Source: Lingula anatina (taxonomy: Eukaryota > Animalia > Brachiopoda). From it: a stretch of DNA of 64,000 bases. Shown piece by piece: positions 1 to 11,917 of the stretch. A program made the position numbers and the translations under genes. The DNA lies in assembly GCA_051362555.1 (NCBI GenBank), contig CM120640.1:55902788-55966787 (forward strand), read 5' to 3'. The notes under the pieces were generated by a model. That model had not been told where the DNA came from and did no database searches. It saw only the letters and a program-made list of their open reading frames with translations. Position 1 is the stretch's first letter, and each line of letters starts with the position of its first letter.

Positions 1-2182
1 TTATCAACATTATAATGTATATATTTATATATTGTGGTCCAACAACCTCTAATGTATAGTAGCTTACTGGGGTATATATATATATATATATCGAACAGAC
101 ACAACATGGGGTTGCGCAAGGAGTTCTATCTGAAGCCAAACGTTCACTGAACGTTAACAGTCTGTGAACTCTGGAGAAAGTATCAAGCAATCCAAGTCAT
201 AAAAATTTCTCAGTGGTCTAGATATTTTTGATAACGTCGACAGTGCACGGCACTGCTCTGTAATTTACTGTCCACAGCATCGGAACATCAGACGGTTTCC
301 AGACGACCTGTCTGTAACACTCTGTGCCACACGTACTCAACTGAAAGACTTCAAGCAAGAAATAAAACGCCGAAAACATGCTTTTTAATGATTTACGACT
401 CTAACGCTAAACATGATGATGAAATGTGAGCCTATGACACAAGAGCGTGTTGTTTTAGAGTTATTTTTTCCCAGTTAACTGAAGTAGAAAACGGCCTCGA
501 GTACTTTGTGATTTTCCATGCGAAAGAATATCCAGAAAATTCACGGAGGTAACCGAATGACGATTTCAAGAATGATCTTACGAGGAAAATACACTTGTGG
601 TTCTCTTCGATGCGTTAGCAGCCTCAGGAGAATGACTCCTGTATAAAATTCTGAAAAGTTGGGCCTTAACTCATACGCCGACACTAATGCAGTACCTATG
701 ATAGAACTGTATAAAACAGCTATACTGCACAGTATCAAAACTGAGTGGCGGGCTAAACATCAAGAAGAAATAAAAAGTGCTCAGCATCGGAAACGGCTAT
801 ATTTAGCATTTTGGAAAGCAAATATCCCACATACATGTATCCCACTTACATGAACTATTCAAATGCCACACTTAAACCTCATATACATAAAACACATTAT
901 TTTGTGATAAAGATTTCACTATGTCCGAATTAAGTGTCCCTTCACGAGTCAGGATGCAATTAGGTAAGGTGAACTTAAACAAAGGTGCATTGTATTAAGG
1001 TCAGAAGGTCCAGAATGTATATATATAACCACATATTGCATGTATGGATTCTAAAGATAATATAGCATCTTTCTAACACTTCTAACGTATTCTGTGCTTG
1101 ATGTCATCGGCACACAGCATTAAGAGCCTTGGTGTTGAAAAGTTACATGCAGCCCTATTATTTGGATAGTTTAAATCACACCAATATATCATGGTGTGAA
1201 TTTCTTTCATGATTTTGATTACTGTGAAATGTACGGGAAATACATGTTACTAATAACATGGACTTTTTCCGTATTGGCAAGTATAAGCAGGATATATCTT
1301 CTGACCTTCTACATGTACCGTAAACAATTCTAAAATGACCGGAATGTCTTCAAAACAGGGAAATGCTTTTAGTCTCAAAATCGGTTATAAAGAATAGACT
1401 ATTTCCACTGTTGTAGAAACTACCTTGAAACAATGAGTCCATTGGACAGCAGAAATAGAAATAGCTCTTTCCTACTAGTTAGTTCAGTCAGAAGATTTAA
1501 ATGTTTTCCCAAGTGTTTTTGCTCGAAACGCCAGCTGTTAAACCACCTGATTTTCATTTTCTCCCAGTACCACCGTGATCGTTATGCAACTGAATCGCAT
1601 GTTGGGGAGGGTTTTCAGTGTTAAGAAGGAAAAGCTATATCGTGTTCTCGCTTTAACCCTTCACACTCACAGTCACGACAAAGGCACAAATACGTGGGCA
1701 TACAATAACTCTTCCTATTTATCTATCTAGATGGTCTTACGCGAACGGGAAGAAGTAGAGGTAACAGTTCGTTGTGTAGAAAATAAGTGCGTGTGAACAT
1801 TAAATGAAATGGAATTTTAAGTACCTTAAACCAGAAGATTAAATATTTATCAAGTTACAATAAAGACCGATAGAAATTACTTGAGAATTCTCGTAAGTTA
1901 GTTATTTTTTAACACTAAAATTCGATCGTGGAATTTACGAAGCACAAACCGTGCAAACATGTAATCATCAATTCTCAGAAAAATATTTCCATAATAACAA
2001 CTTATAAAAAATACATCGGTGAAACTTTTATCGCACAAAATTAACGTTTTGATTTAAAATACACTAGCTGCCCCTGTCACTTAGAACTTGGTATAATCTG
2101 TGTTAAACTTGATTTGATTGGACGGTTAGCTTTGTTCATAGTTCATTTTTGCTTAAATATAATTAGTCCACTGTACTTTCAG

Positions 2183-4759
2183 GAACCTCAAGATTTTATA
2201 CCAAACTTAAAAAATCCTTGCTGGTGGAAATCAACCGACAAACGGCAGCTCAGATGTCTTCCTTATTTTTACCTGATTGGGATGCCGAAATGCGGAACAA
2301 CTGATCTCTACCGACGCCTTATCTCTCACCCCAGTGTTATTAGCTCCAAAAAAGAGCCTCACTGGTGGACTCGGTTACGATGTATATATAATGTTTTTGA
2401 TGTTTTATTCCTCTGTTTTATTTCTAGATGTTTTCATGGCAATATTCTTATTTAGCTACAAATATGGTGAATTTCTGAAACCCCTAAATTCATGACATAT
2501 CACAGAAAAATATCAAAAGTATCACAGAAAAAGTATAAACCCACTGTAACATTAACTAATGTTTCAGGTTGACATTCTAATATTTGATGAACAGTCTATA
2601 ATATACCAATGAGGCTCACATTTTCTAACTGACTATCCACTTAATATTTCAGACAAAGATAGACATGGTGTTGGTGTTCCCTTCGAGCGCTACGTAAACA
2701 CGTTTTCTTTGCCGAGTAACGTCATTAGACAGGCACTGGTTGGCAAACAGAGACTGAACAGATATAACTTGGCGAACCAAATTATAACAGGTAAAATTCT
2801 TATGGTATTTTGAACCATTATGTTGTAACAATATGCCTTACCTGACATGTACCGAGTTGTCAGAGAAAATTTTATTTTAATATTAAAATATTGGTTAAAA
2901 TTTTATTATTCAAAAAATTGTTTCTCGTAATATTCTGCCGAACCTTTCCCCAAATTCCTTTAAAATTGTTTATATATATTTTTTGTGAAAATGACATTAT
3001 GCTTAAAGAGAAACAGTCGATAGTAGTCTTTATACATCTTCTGAAAGGAAATTCAGTTTACTCCTACGTAAAGAATTAGAATCTGATTTCAGAATTGTGT
3101 AGAAGTATTAACCCATTAAAAGGGAATAGACTTTGAATAGACTTAATAATTTCAAGATAAAAGCAAATTAAAAATGGACTGTATCATGTAATTAGTTTGT
3201 TACACATTTTCCAGTTGACGCTAGCGCATCTACCATGTGGGATAACGTTGGGTGGGAGCGCAGGCCAGGGAACGACCCTAGCAAGTCAGAGCCAGACATT
3301 ATAGTAGCGCACCGTATACGCCATATTCAGCCAAATGCTAAATTTATTGCCATATTCAGAGATCCAGTGGAAAGGTAGGGTTACCAAACATCAACAAAAC
3401 TATAACGACTTTGTTGCGTTTGCAGATTATATGTTATAGACATGTAAATATATGCCTTCTTATTTTAAGGTGTCTTTGTGTGTTTGTGTTTTGTGTGCGT
3501 GCTCTCTCTTTTTAAACTACATAGATTTGATAGTTTGATAATGATAATATCTTATTGCAGAGTGATAATTTTCCTTTGCCAGGCTTTATTCAGATTTCCT
3601 GTTTTTTGGAAAGGATGGCCTTTCACCAGATTTATTCCATAAGTACGTGGTTCAAGCAATAGGTATCTTCAAAAAATGCACTGAACACCTATCTCTCAGA
3701 AGTTGTGCGTACGACTCCAAATTTAATATGGACGACTTGGTAAAGTGTCTTTTACATAGTAATCTCATATTAGCTGTTTAAATTTGCTTGACTTTTTGAA
3801 GTGAAATCAGTATTCCAGTTTTACCTTTAGTAACATGTCAAAGTAGTAAAAGATATTGAAATTTATATTTTTACATTATAAATTAATATTTCTTGAAATC
3901 GAAAGGCAAAAGTCTCCGCAAATGATATAGATGCAAATGAATTATGTATTTTTAGTAGCTTCATGAGACATTCGTCATACGTCGTATTTTAATTTTTCTT
4001 TCATCAAAATGATCGTGTTATTATTCTCGTTTCAGCCTGTGCGCCTGCGGGTAGGTCTTTATCACATCTACGTCAAGGACTGGTTCAGTGTTTTTCCCAA
4101 GAAACAAATGCTGTTCCTTCAACTAGACAACTATCATCAAAATTTAAGAGGAAATATAGAAAAAATTTTCAAATTTTTAAACCTACGTGAGTATATGCTC
4201 TGTCCATTGCATTGGTTGTGGAATTTTAGCTTGGTATTTGCAAAGCACATTTTTGCCTGTGTCCCAACTGGCACATTAGATCAGTTTTATATCAATTATA
4301 ACGTTGGGAAGGTAAGCACGTGCTCAGACTTTCCCCATTTGATATATAAGTTTTGATTTTAACGTAAACGTGATATAATGCACGTGCAAAAGTCAGTTTT
4401 CTTAATTGTGACATTGTGCACCTCATCATTATTAACAAACTTACGCGTATTTACATATACATGTACAATCGCTGCCTAAGTTTACGAATCTATAGTGGTG
4501 CAATCTAAGTGTTTTTGGGTTCTTTTTTATCCTCATTATTTTTTCAGTTCCATTACACGAAGATCAAATGAAGATCATTATAAAGCAGGACATACATAAT
4601 ACCAGAAAAGAAAGCACTGTCAAACTTGGCGATATGTGGAATAAAACAAGACAGATGCTTAGACAATTCTATGCTCCGCATAACCGAGAACTTGCTCAGC
4701 TTCTTAACAACGACGCATATCTTTCGTGGGATGCTCAGCATCCGTCTATTGTAGAATAG
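2183..4759 (+). CDS. CHST15: Carbohydrate sulfotransferase 15-like (GalNAc4S-6ST), multi-exon, 5' end unresolved
   Basis: Phase-consistent GT-AG exons 2183-2381, 2653-2790, 3215-3374, 3583-3739, 4036-4186, 4548-4759 (TAG). Protein has the 5'-PAPS loop (CLPYFYLIGMPKCGTTDLY), KEPHWW, DASASTMWDN, the 3'-PAPS motif (IFRDPVERLYSDF), PVRLRVGLY and a C-terminal FYAPHNRELAQLL. A 30-nt upstream exon at 1731-1760 is possible. No N-terminal TM anchor was found. Confidence 0.88.
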
Positions 4760-6219
4760 GAGATGGAGGTGATTTTGTAATAGTTTACAGTTTTGGCCTC
4801 AGGGTCTTTTTTTACCCAGGCGTCCTCACACCTCGCTCAGAATACTGTTCTCAGTAGGTCATAGGTCTATCCGCCCCACTCAACGCACCAATGTATTGCA
4901 ACAAAATGTACTTTCATCACAGAGGCCATTGATATGGTGTCCGAAGTTTTGTAAATATAGATGGTGCAACATTGGCTTTATTATGAAAAGGCATCATTTT
5001 AAATGACAGAATACAGTCAATCCCTAGATTGTTTGCTGCATTAGGACAACTATTTCTACGCATTTTAAAGTTTTGAACAATATGGCACAAACGGTCACTG
5101 GTAGAATCGGTAGGTCCAACTTTTTCGTCGTGCTGCTCGGGTACATGTAGAACGATCACATTCACCCAAGTTGAATATCATGCATCAGCATATTGTTATG
5201 GCATATGTTGTCATCGCCACTTGCAGTTTTTTTTTTCTTATGTATTGGGGGATTGCATTTTGTATTATCATAATATGAATTTAAAGAACATTATGTATCA
5301 ACTTGGGGTGCTTCTTGAGGCAAACTCTCCCTTTGATACTTCCTGGGTTTTTCTCATATTGGGAAATTACTTTTCATATTTACAGTAAATTATGGATAAA
5401 AGAATATAATGTATCAATTTGTGGTAAATTTTGTGGCAGATTATCTCATTGAAACTTGCAGGGATTTTCTCATATTGGGAAAGATTTTTTATACTTACAA
5501 TAAATGGATTTTAAATAACATTTCTAGTTCAATTTGCATCATTATTATAAATAGTGTTTCGCATTTTCTACTTTTTATACATTCGCAAACTGGACGGCAT
5601 ATTCTTTGCGTCTTGCCAAATTCCAAGTCCTGGTCCACTGAAAGACGTAGGATGTCATAAAGAGAGAGAACCCGTCCCTTCTCACCGCAAAATAGGAGGG
5701 GGCTGGGTGACTCTAGTGAGAGCCAATGTCACGCCTCAACCTCAAGGGCATGGCTCTTAATATAACAGAACCATGAAATTATGTTACCTCATTACAGATC
5801 AGATTTATTTTGACGTAAATTCCTAGCAAATGGTATTCTAGACCCACCCCTAAATTCTTTCTTGTATACTTCTTTTTAAAAGGAAATGCGGTAAATAATT
5901 ATCATTCATAACTTTTTTCAGTCGTGAAAGTAGATATTTCAACATTAAGCCAGGAGCGAGCCACATTATGGATTACGTCATTTCGACGGACAACAGATTC
6001 CAGCGTACTCTTCATTTGATCGCAATCGTGTTGCGGGAAAACAGTTCAACAATGGCGGTTATCGCAGTTGCAAAGTATGAGTATCAAGATAACGACACCA
6101 CATGGAAGATCAAAAAATATTTTTCTATCTTTCTTTTTATTATCATATCATTATTGACAAATGGTGCTCTTTCAGAGATGGTATTTTACATAATTTGAAA
6201 GTCTGCAAAGTTTTTGCAT

Positions 6220-6920
6220 CTAGTCAAAAAGCCCGAAGCCCATGTCATCATCAGATTCCTCAGACTCGGCTTTTTCTTCCTTCTTGGCCTCCTCGGCTGG
6301 TGCAGCTGCAAAAAACAATGAGCTGCATTTAAGCTTTTTATAGCCTTATTACTTGCCATTAGTTCAATTTCTGTTCTTTTGTTGTTATTATTACAGAACT
6401 AACACTTGTCTATTCAAATCCTAACTAGGCATTTTGATAAGGTGTAATAAGTTGAAGAAATAGAAAAAAGTATGCCTTTAAAAGGCCAGGATGAAGGAAA
6501 ATAAATTAACTTACCTCCTCCAGCTGGAGCAGCTCCCCCTCCTGCTGATGGGGCAACTGCAGCACCACCTGCTGGCACTGAAGCAAGTTTTTCTTTACCT
6601 GAAAAGGTAGGCTACATGTCAGTAATTAGTTTATTTAAGGTTTAAATTCTACAATGCCCTGTTCCATTTCAAATATAAGATAAAAAGGTAACCAAATACA
6701 CATCTACACAAGTGGAACAAACTAGAGAACATGTTGTTCACTACCTACCAGCTGCTATAAGATCCTCAAGTTTCTTTCCTTTCAGTTCATCAATAACTTT
6801 CTTGACTTTCTCACTATCTGCTTCAATTCCAACACTCGAAAGAATCTTTTCAATGTCCTTCTGGGAGGGGTTGGTGTTCCCTGCAAGCGCAGCAAGACAG
6901 TAGGCAGCCACGTAACGCAT
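6220..6920 (-). CDS. RPLP2: 60S acidic ribosomal protein P2
   Basis: Coding exons 6920-6749, 6598-6515, 6305-6220 translate to MRYVAAYCLAALAGNTNPSQKDIEKILSSVGIE...GKEKLASVPAGG...EESDDDMGFGLFD*. This has the diagnostic P-protein C-terminus. Non-coding exon 1 lies at about 8221-8278. Confidence 0.98.
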
Positions 6921-7118
6921 TCTGAAAATAGTAAGAAAATCACATCAAATTATAAACAGAATCCCAAAATACACGGCATCTGGGGATCATCACAATGCAT
7001 GAAACAACACTGAGTGTATAATATCAAAAAATTCAACATAATAATTATTAATAACAGTCAACTATAAAAATGCATTAATATCTAGAGGCCAGATTTCGGT
7101 TAATACAAAGCTCAACAT

Positions 7119-7227
7119 AAATGTTTAGCAGCTGCACAGCAGCAGAGTTGTAGCGATGACTGAACAGTTATGTCATTGTTACACACGACTAACTTCTATG
7201 ATCTAGACTTAGATCGCATTCACAATG
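7119..7227 (-). ncRNA. Candidate intronic H/ACA snoRNA in RPLP2 intron 1
   Basis: Minus strand shows a hairpin (CATTGT/ACAATG, GCGA/TCGT, CTAA/TTAG, TCTA/TAGA), then the H box ACATAA (7173-7168), a weaker second hairpin, and ACA+TTT. The host is a ribosomal protein gene. Confidence 0.3.
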
Positions 7228-7357
7228 AGTTGAGCCATGGCTTTACAAATCCTGGAACTAAATATGGCAGACGTACATGAAAGAAAAACCGCCTTTAATA
7301 GTCTCTCCACCTCTCACACGCCTCCCCACCGCCTCTCACACACCTCCCCACATGTCA

Positions 7358-7599
7358 TTCCCAGAGCCTATCATACTGACTTTGGATCAATCTATCTCCA
7401 AGGGGATTCTCACTAATTGCTTTCAAGTTAAGTTGCTTAGATGTCTTACACGCCCACTGAGGCTGTTAGGGGGTAATTAACTATCATTTAGTGGCTTCAG
7501 TAGGTGTGCCAGACATCTAACCTGCTTAAGCTAAAGGCAGCTTAGCGAGAAACCCCTTGGAGATGGATCGATCCTGTTAGATCGATCTAGGCATGGGAA
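7358..7599. mobile_element. Foldback/MITE-like element, copy 1
   Basis: 7384-7574 is a long imperfect inverted repeat: GGATCAATCTATCTCCAAGGGGATTCTCACTAA vs TTAGCGAGAAACCCCTTGGAGATGGATCGATCC. Outer ends are TTCCCA...TGGGAA. Confidence 0.7.
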
Positions 7600-7709
7600 C
7601 CCAGTCTAAAATGTGGGAGACGGTAAATTTTTCATTTTACAGGGGATTTGGAGGGGGCATGGGGACATTAACAAAAGCAATGTCGTACAAAATTTGAACT
7701 TCTTAACAT

Positions 7710-7746
<37 letters not shown>

Positions 7747-7807
7747 GAGAAAAAAGGTGTAGGTGTGTTACTGCAGCCGTCAATCAGTAAACTGTCCCTT
7801 AGGGTGC

Positions 7808-8020
7808 TTTCCCAGAGATTTAGATCGATCTAAAGATTAAAATTTAGATCGACCTAACTCCCTGGGGGTTCACGCTAAATTGCAGTCAGCCGAGCGGGCA
7901 CCATAGTTAATTACCCCCTTACAGCTTTTAGTAGGCGGGACAGACGCTTAAGCCGGCCAAGCTGACAGTAATCTTGTGAGACTCCCCACAGGGATAGATC
8001 GATCTAAAAATCTATGGAAA
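7808..8020. mobile_element. Foldback/MITE-like element, copy 2, opposite orientation
   Basis: TIRs are TTTCCCAGAGATTTAGATCGATCTA and TAGATCGATCTAAAAATCTATGGAAA. The core ATAGTTAATTACCCCCTTACAGC is the reverse complement of the copy-1 core GCTGTTAGGGGGTAATTAACTAT with one mismatch. Confidence 0.65.
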
Positions 8021-8269
8021 TGGGGTGTTAGTTACAATCAAGCCATCGGCTACCTGAGTGACCATCAAACTGAATCATGCCGGATAAAATATACTCAGTC
8101 AAAATATTTTCTATTTAATGTTCGATTACATAAAATCATTTGTAGTTTCCTTGAAGGTTTATCCGACATATGGAACAAGATATCTACCTTTCATTGTCTA
8201 CAGTAAACTACAAAACTTACTTTAAGTCTCAAAGACACGAAAACGTGTTAAACCTTTATAAGCTATGGC

Positions 8270-8280
8270 GGAAAAGGAAG
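8270..8280 (-). promoter_or_regulatory. TCT initiator / 5'TOP pyrimidine tract of RPLP2
   Basis: Minus strand reads CTTCCTTTTCC, followed by about 55 nt of 5'UTR and a GTAAGT donor at 8220. This is typical of ribosomal protein genes. Confidence 0.8.
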
Positions 8281-8596
8281 TGAAAGAAAAGTTCGGGGTT
8301 GCACAAGCGGTCGACATGGAGTTCAGTCATTCACAACTTCTCGTCTCATTTCGCGAGATATGAGAATGTGAGATCAGGAAATATGAAAATTTGCAAAACT
8401 AGGCATCCCAGACAACAAATTTCTTATTTGGATAAGGCTGTGTAAACAACCTTATATTTTTCATATGCAAATGATCAGGTAACTTATCATTTGACCAAAC
8501 AAGTGGTGAAAACTAAATTGAAAGCCTAGTGTTGAAAGCCAGTTTCGGTAGTCTCGATGTCGTTTCGAGCTATGAACAAGGTGAAGGTGATTTAGC
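8281..8596. promoter_or_regulatory. Bidirectional promoter RPLP2/MED21
   Basis: About 320 bp CpG-containing gap between the RPLP2 TCT start and the MED21 ATG. Contains TTTCGCGAGA at 8349-8358. Confidence 0.75.
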
Positions 8597-10638
8597 ATGG
8601 CGGATAGGCTCACACAACTGCAAGATGCTGTTAACCAGGTATTTGGGGGTAAATTTGTGCCTAATGATGATGAACGATTGTGTAAACAATATAAGGATAG
8701 TTTTTGAAGTGTGTTAATTACATGATTTATATTTCTGTTTAGTCTGACTGTCCGCATGGTCACTTTCTGTTCTTAGCTCTTTTGTGAAACCGGCGGTGTA
8801 ACTACTGTAGTATGTTACAAAAAATTTCAAAGTCCCAAAAACCTCCTAAAGTCAAGGCAGTCAGATGGAACATAAAAAAGGTGGATTTTGATATGAAAAC
8901 CAAGTCTGTAGCCCAAAAATTGGCAAAGATATTGCAAAAATACTCTTCCCAATTTAACGCATTTTTTTCCTCTTGGTTTAACATTATGATTTGTGAAAAA
9001 CAGTGATCATAAAAATTTAGGTGTCACACAACAACGTCCACTGTTCCTGTAAAATTCAGGATAATTCAATGAAATTTTCAGTGGAAACAACCTGAAGCAT
9101 CCTGGATAGAATATTGTATCTCAATCTGAAATAGACAGAAAATCAATTAATTTATAAATTAATTAGCAATTAGCCCCAAACTTGTTAATTTGGTAATCAA
9201 ATAAAAAAAGTGCTTGGATCTTCTCCCAAATACTAAAAGCCAGTAATAAAAAACCTAAAATGAAAAGTGGGAGATATAACACAAGCAGATAAATCAGAAA
9301 TTGGTATGTTTTCAGATTGTTAACGAATATCATTCAAGTAATTAGTGATCAACAAGCAATCACTGGGAAAATGGTGACATCTATATGTATTTTGTTAACG
9401 CAATTTTCTACATGTCAGCTGAAAAAAAGGTTTCAGTTAGCAAAAATAGATATTTGCCTCTATCCTCCATAAGCAGTGCCAGATCAGCATCACCTTGGCT
9501 CTATTGCTGAAAGAAAAATAAGAAGGAATTTTAAGGGATACCGAGGTTCAAGAGGTTAATTAAAATTAACTGAACCCCAAATTCTGACTGTCAGGTCTTA
9601 TTCATATGTACAGGTATGACTGAATAATTAATATACTTGTTACTTCTCATTTTTGACACTAGATGGCAGATCATTTTTGCAACAGTGCTGGCATCTTGCA
9701 GCAGTATGCACCCCCTGGGCAGTTCACAGGCTTTGAAAAGAGTGGCTCCAAACCTCCTGCAGTCACTCAGGAAGGTAAACAGTTACCGTATTATACATTT
9801 TTCAGTTGTTTGGTAATTGTAGTTAGCTGATATAATTATATTAATCAAACATCATGGTTTTTAAGAGAATAAAAGCTAAGATTGTATATAATATTGAAAT
9901 CATTCAGCATACATGTCAACAGTCATTACATTTCAGAATATGCTGTACTTTTTGCCAAGTTGATAGCTAGAACTGCAAAGGATATTGATGTTCTTATAGA
10001 CTCCCTGCCAAGCGAAGAGTCCTCAGCTGAGCTACAGGTGAGGAAATGCATCATCTGTTTCAGACTTTCAGTTTTTAAACTTAAAAGATGCGTTTGAAGC
10101 GAGTTGGCATGTCAATTTCTGCACGAAATCCAACCAAATGCCATCGTAATGATGTCAAATAGCATAACTTAAAAGTATACCAGAAAGTATTTATATTTCT
10201 GACAAAATGACATATGAACTGATACTTTCTGCAGCTTTCTTTCTGTGCTCTGAATACCCCTCAGAAGTTTTCATCAGGTCTCATTTGAATAAGTATGAAA
10301 TTGCATCCAAAGCTACATCCAGATTTTGTTTTAGAAAGACCATGGTGCATTTTTGCATCAGACAGTAATATGGAAAGAAAAACTATTAAAATTAATTTAA
10401 CTCTATATCACATACAGTACAAGTAGAATATAGTGACAAATCAAATTGCAAAAATTAAGCTGCAAGTTTTCTTTAGGCTGCCAGTTTGAAGAGACTTGAG
10501 GCTGAAAACCAGGATGCAGCAAGGAGACTGGAAGAGGTTATCATGAAGGGAGAAGCATTGTTAGAACAGATACAGCAGGCTTTGTCTGACATTGCCTCAT
10601 CCCAGTTACAAAGTCAGAGTCTTAAGAGTGGGGACTGA
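8597..10638 (+). CDS. MED21: Mediator complex subunit 21
   Basis: Exons 8597-8638, 9663-9774, 9937-10037, 10477-10638 give [28 protein letters not shown]...[74 protein letters not shown]..., the canonical Srb7/MED21 sequence. Confidence 0.97.
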
Positions 10639-11917
10639 AATGAGAACTCTGGTTCTTGTTGAAAATTGCTCAGATCGAAAATGCCATAGGTGCATCTTCT
10701 CAGTTATGGAGGCCCAGCCTTAACAAGGAGAATGCATGTAAATTGTGGGTTTCAAGGAAAAACAAGTCCTCCACCAAAGGTAGCAAGGTCCCAAAGACTG
10801 GTTATATATTTGCCATCAAAATATAACAAGCAAAATCTGGCTATTATTTCTTTTCAAAAATAGAAAGTGAGATGCACGTACCTGTGAGCACTAGTACATT
10901 GCATCTATCTTGTGGTTGATAGAAACTGGCAGAAAAAAATGTATAACCAAAGTATGGAGAGAATTATATAAGAGAAAACTAAAATTATGTGAATGGTGTT
11001 TATTTAAAAAAAAAAAAAAGGAGATGGAAAGCACATAGCATTGCTGCAGTCTGTATGTCCGTACACGTTTCACAAAATCTTAGTCACTTAAATACAGGTA
11101 AAAAAAGATCATGTTATTTGATGTGATCATTGGATGTACATTTTACATTGTAGTGTGCTAGAGAAGAAGTCTGTTGTTTTTGAACTTCTTCCTCCAACCA
11201 ATGTAACCACCTTGGAGGCCATATTGATATTGAAAGCCTTTGTCTCACTCTTACTTGCTGGAAGTGGAGTTTGTGTGTATACTTTTTCAGCAGTAGTGTA
11301 CCACATGCCACAGACAGAAGAAACCTATTGTTTTGGGGCTTGCTCTGTGTTGCAAGTAGGGAGGGCATCACTCTTCAATGGTCACATTTCTAGTTATATT
11401 ACTTGAAGAAATGACAGATGACAAATTATAATTTTGTAATCAAATTTTATATAACAGCACCTGAAGTTATCATAAGTGAATGCTCTTGCAAATACTTCCT
11501 TTTGGTCAGTCTTTCATATTTGTCAAGAGACTCAATAACTTGCAAATAAAAGTAAATCTTACTTTCCAAGTTTCTTCTTTTTATGTTGATGATGTTTTCA
11601 AATTGGTTGTATGACCAAAAATATACAAAGTGAAGACAGGTTATCTTGAGAGTGTCATTTCCTGGTGTGTTTCAATTTGATCATCTGAGCTAAAGAACTC
11701 CTTTACGTTTTTAACCATTTATTTTTATAAAATTCCTCTTTTCATGTTAGCACAGGCCGCTGCTCTAACAGACAACGGCTACCAAGTGTGTTGCTTGTCC
11801 AAAAAAAAGTGATGCAGAATGGGGGTGAAAAACATTGCTTATTGCAGATAATTGACTGTCAACATTAAGTCCATTCTTGCATGTTTCACATTGTACTGTT
11901 TTCATTTCCCCCCGTCT

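Noticed and set aside
90-860. Short open frames and a possible acceptor at 474 as CHST15 5' exons or another gene
   Set aside because: No recognisable motif or TM anchor, and no consistent splice chain.
6930-6995. Box C-like GTGATGA plus hairpin on the minus strand in RPLP2 intron 1
   Set aside because: No downstream CTGA D box, and it lies too close to the 3' splice site for a C/D snoRNA.
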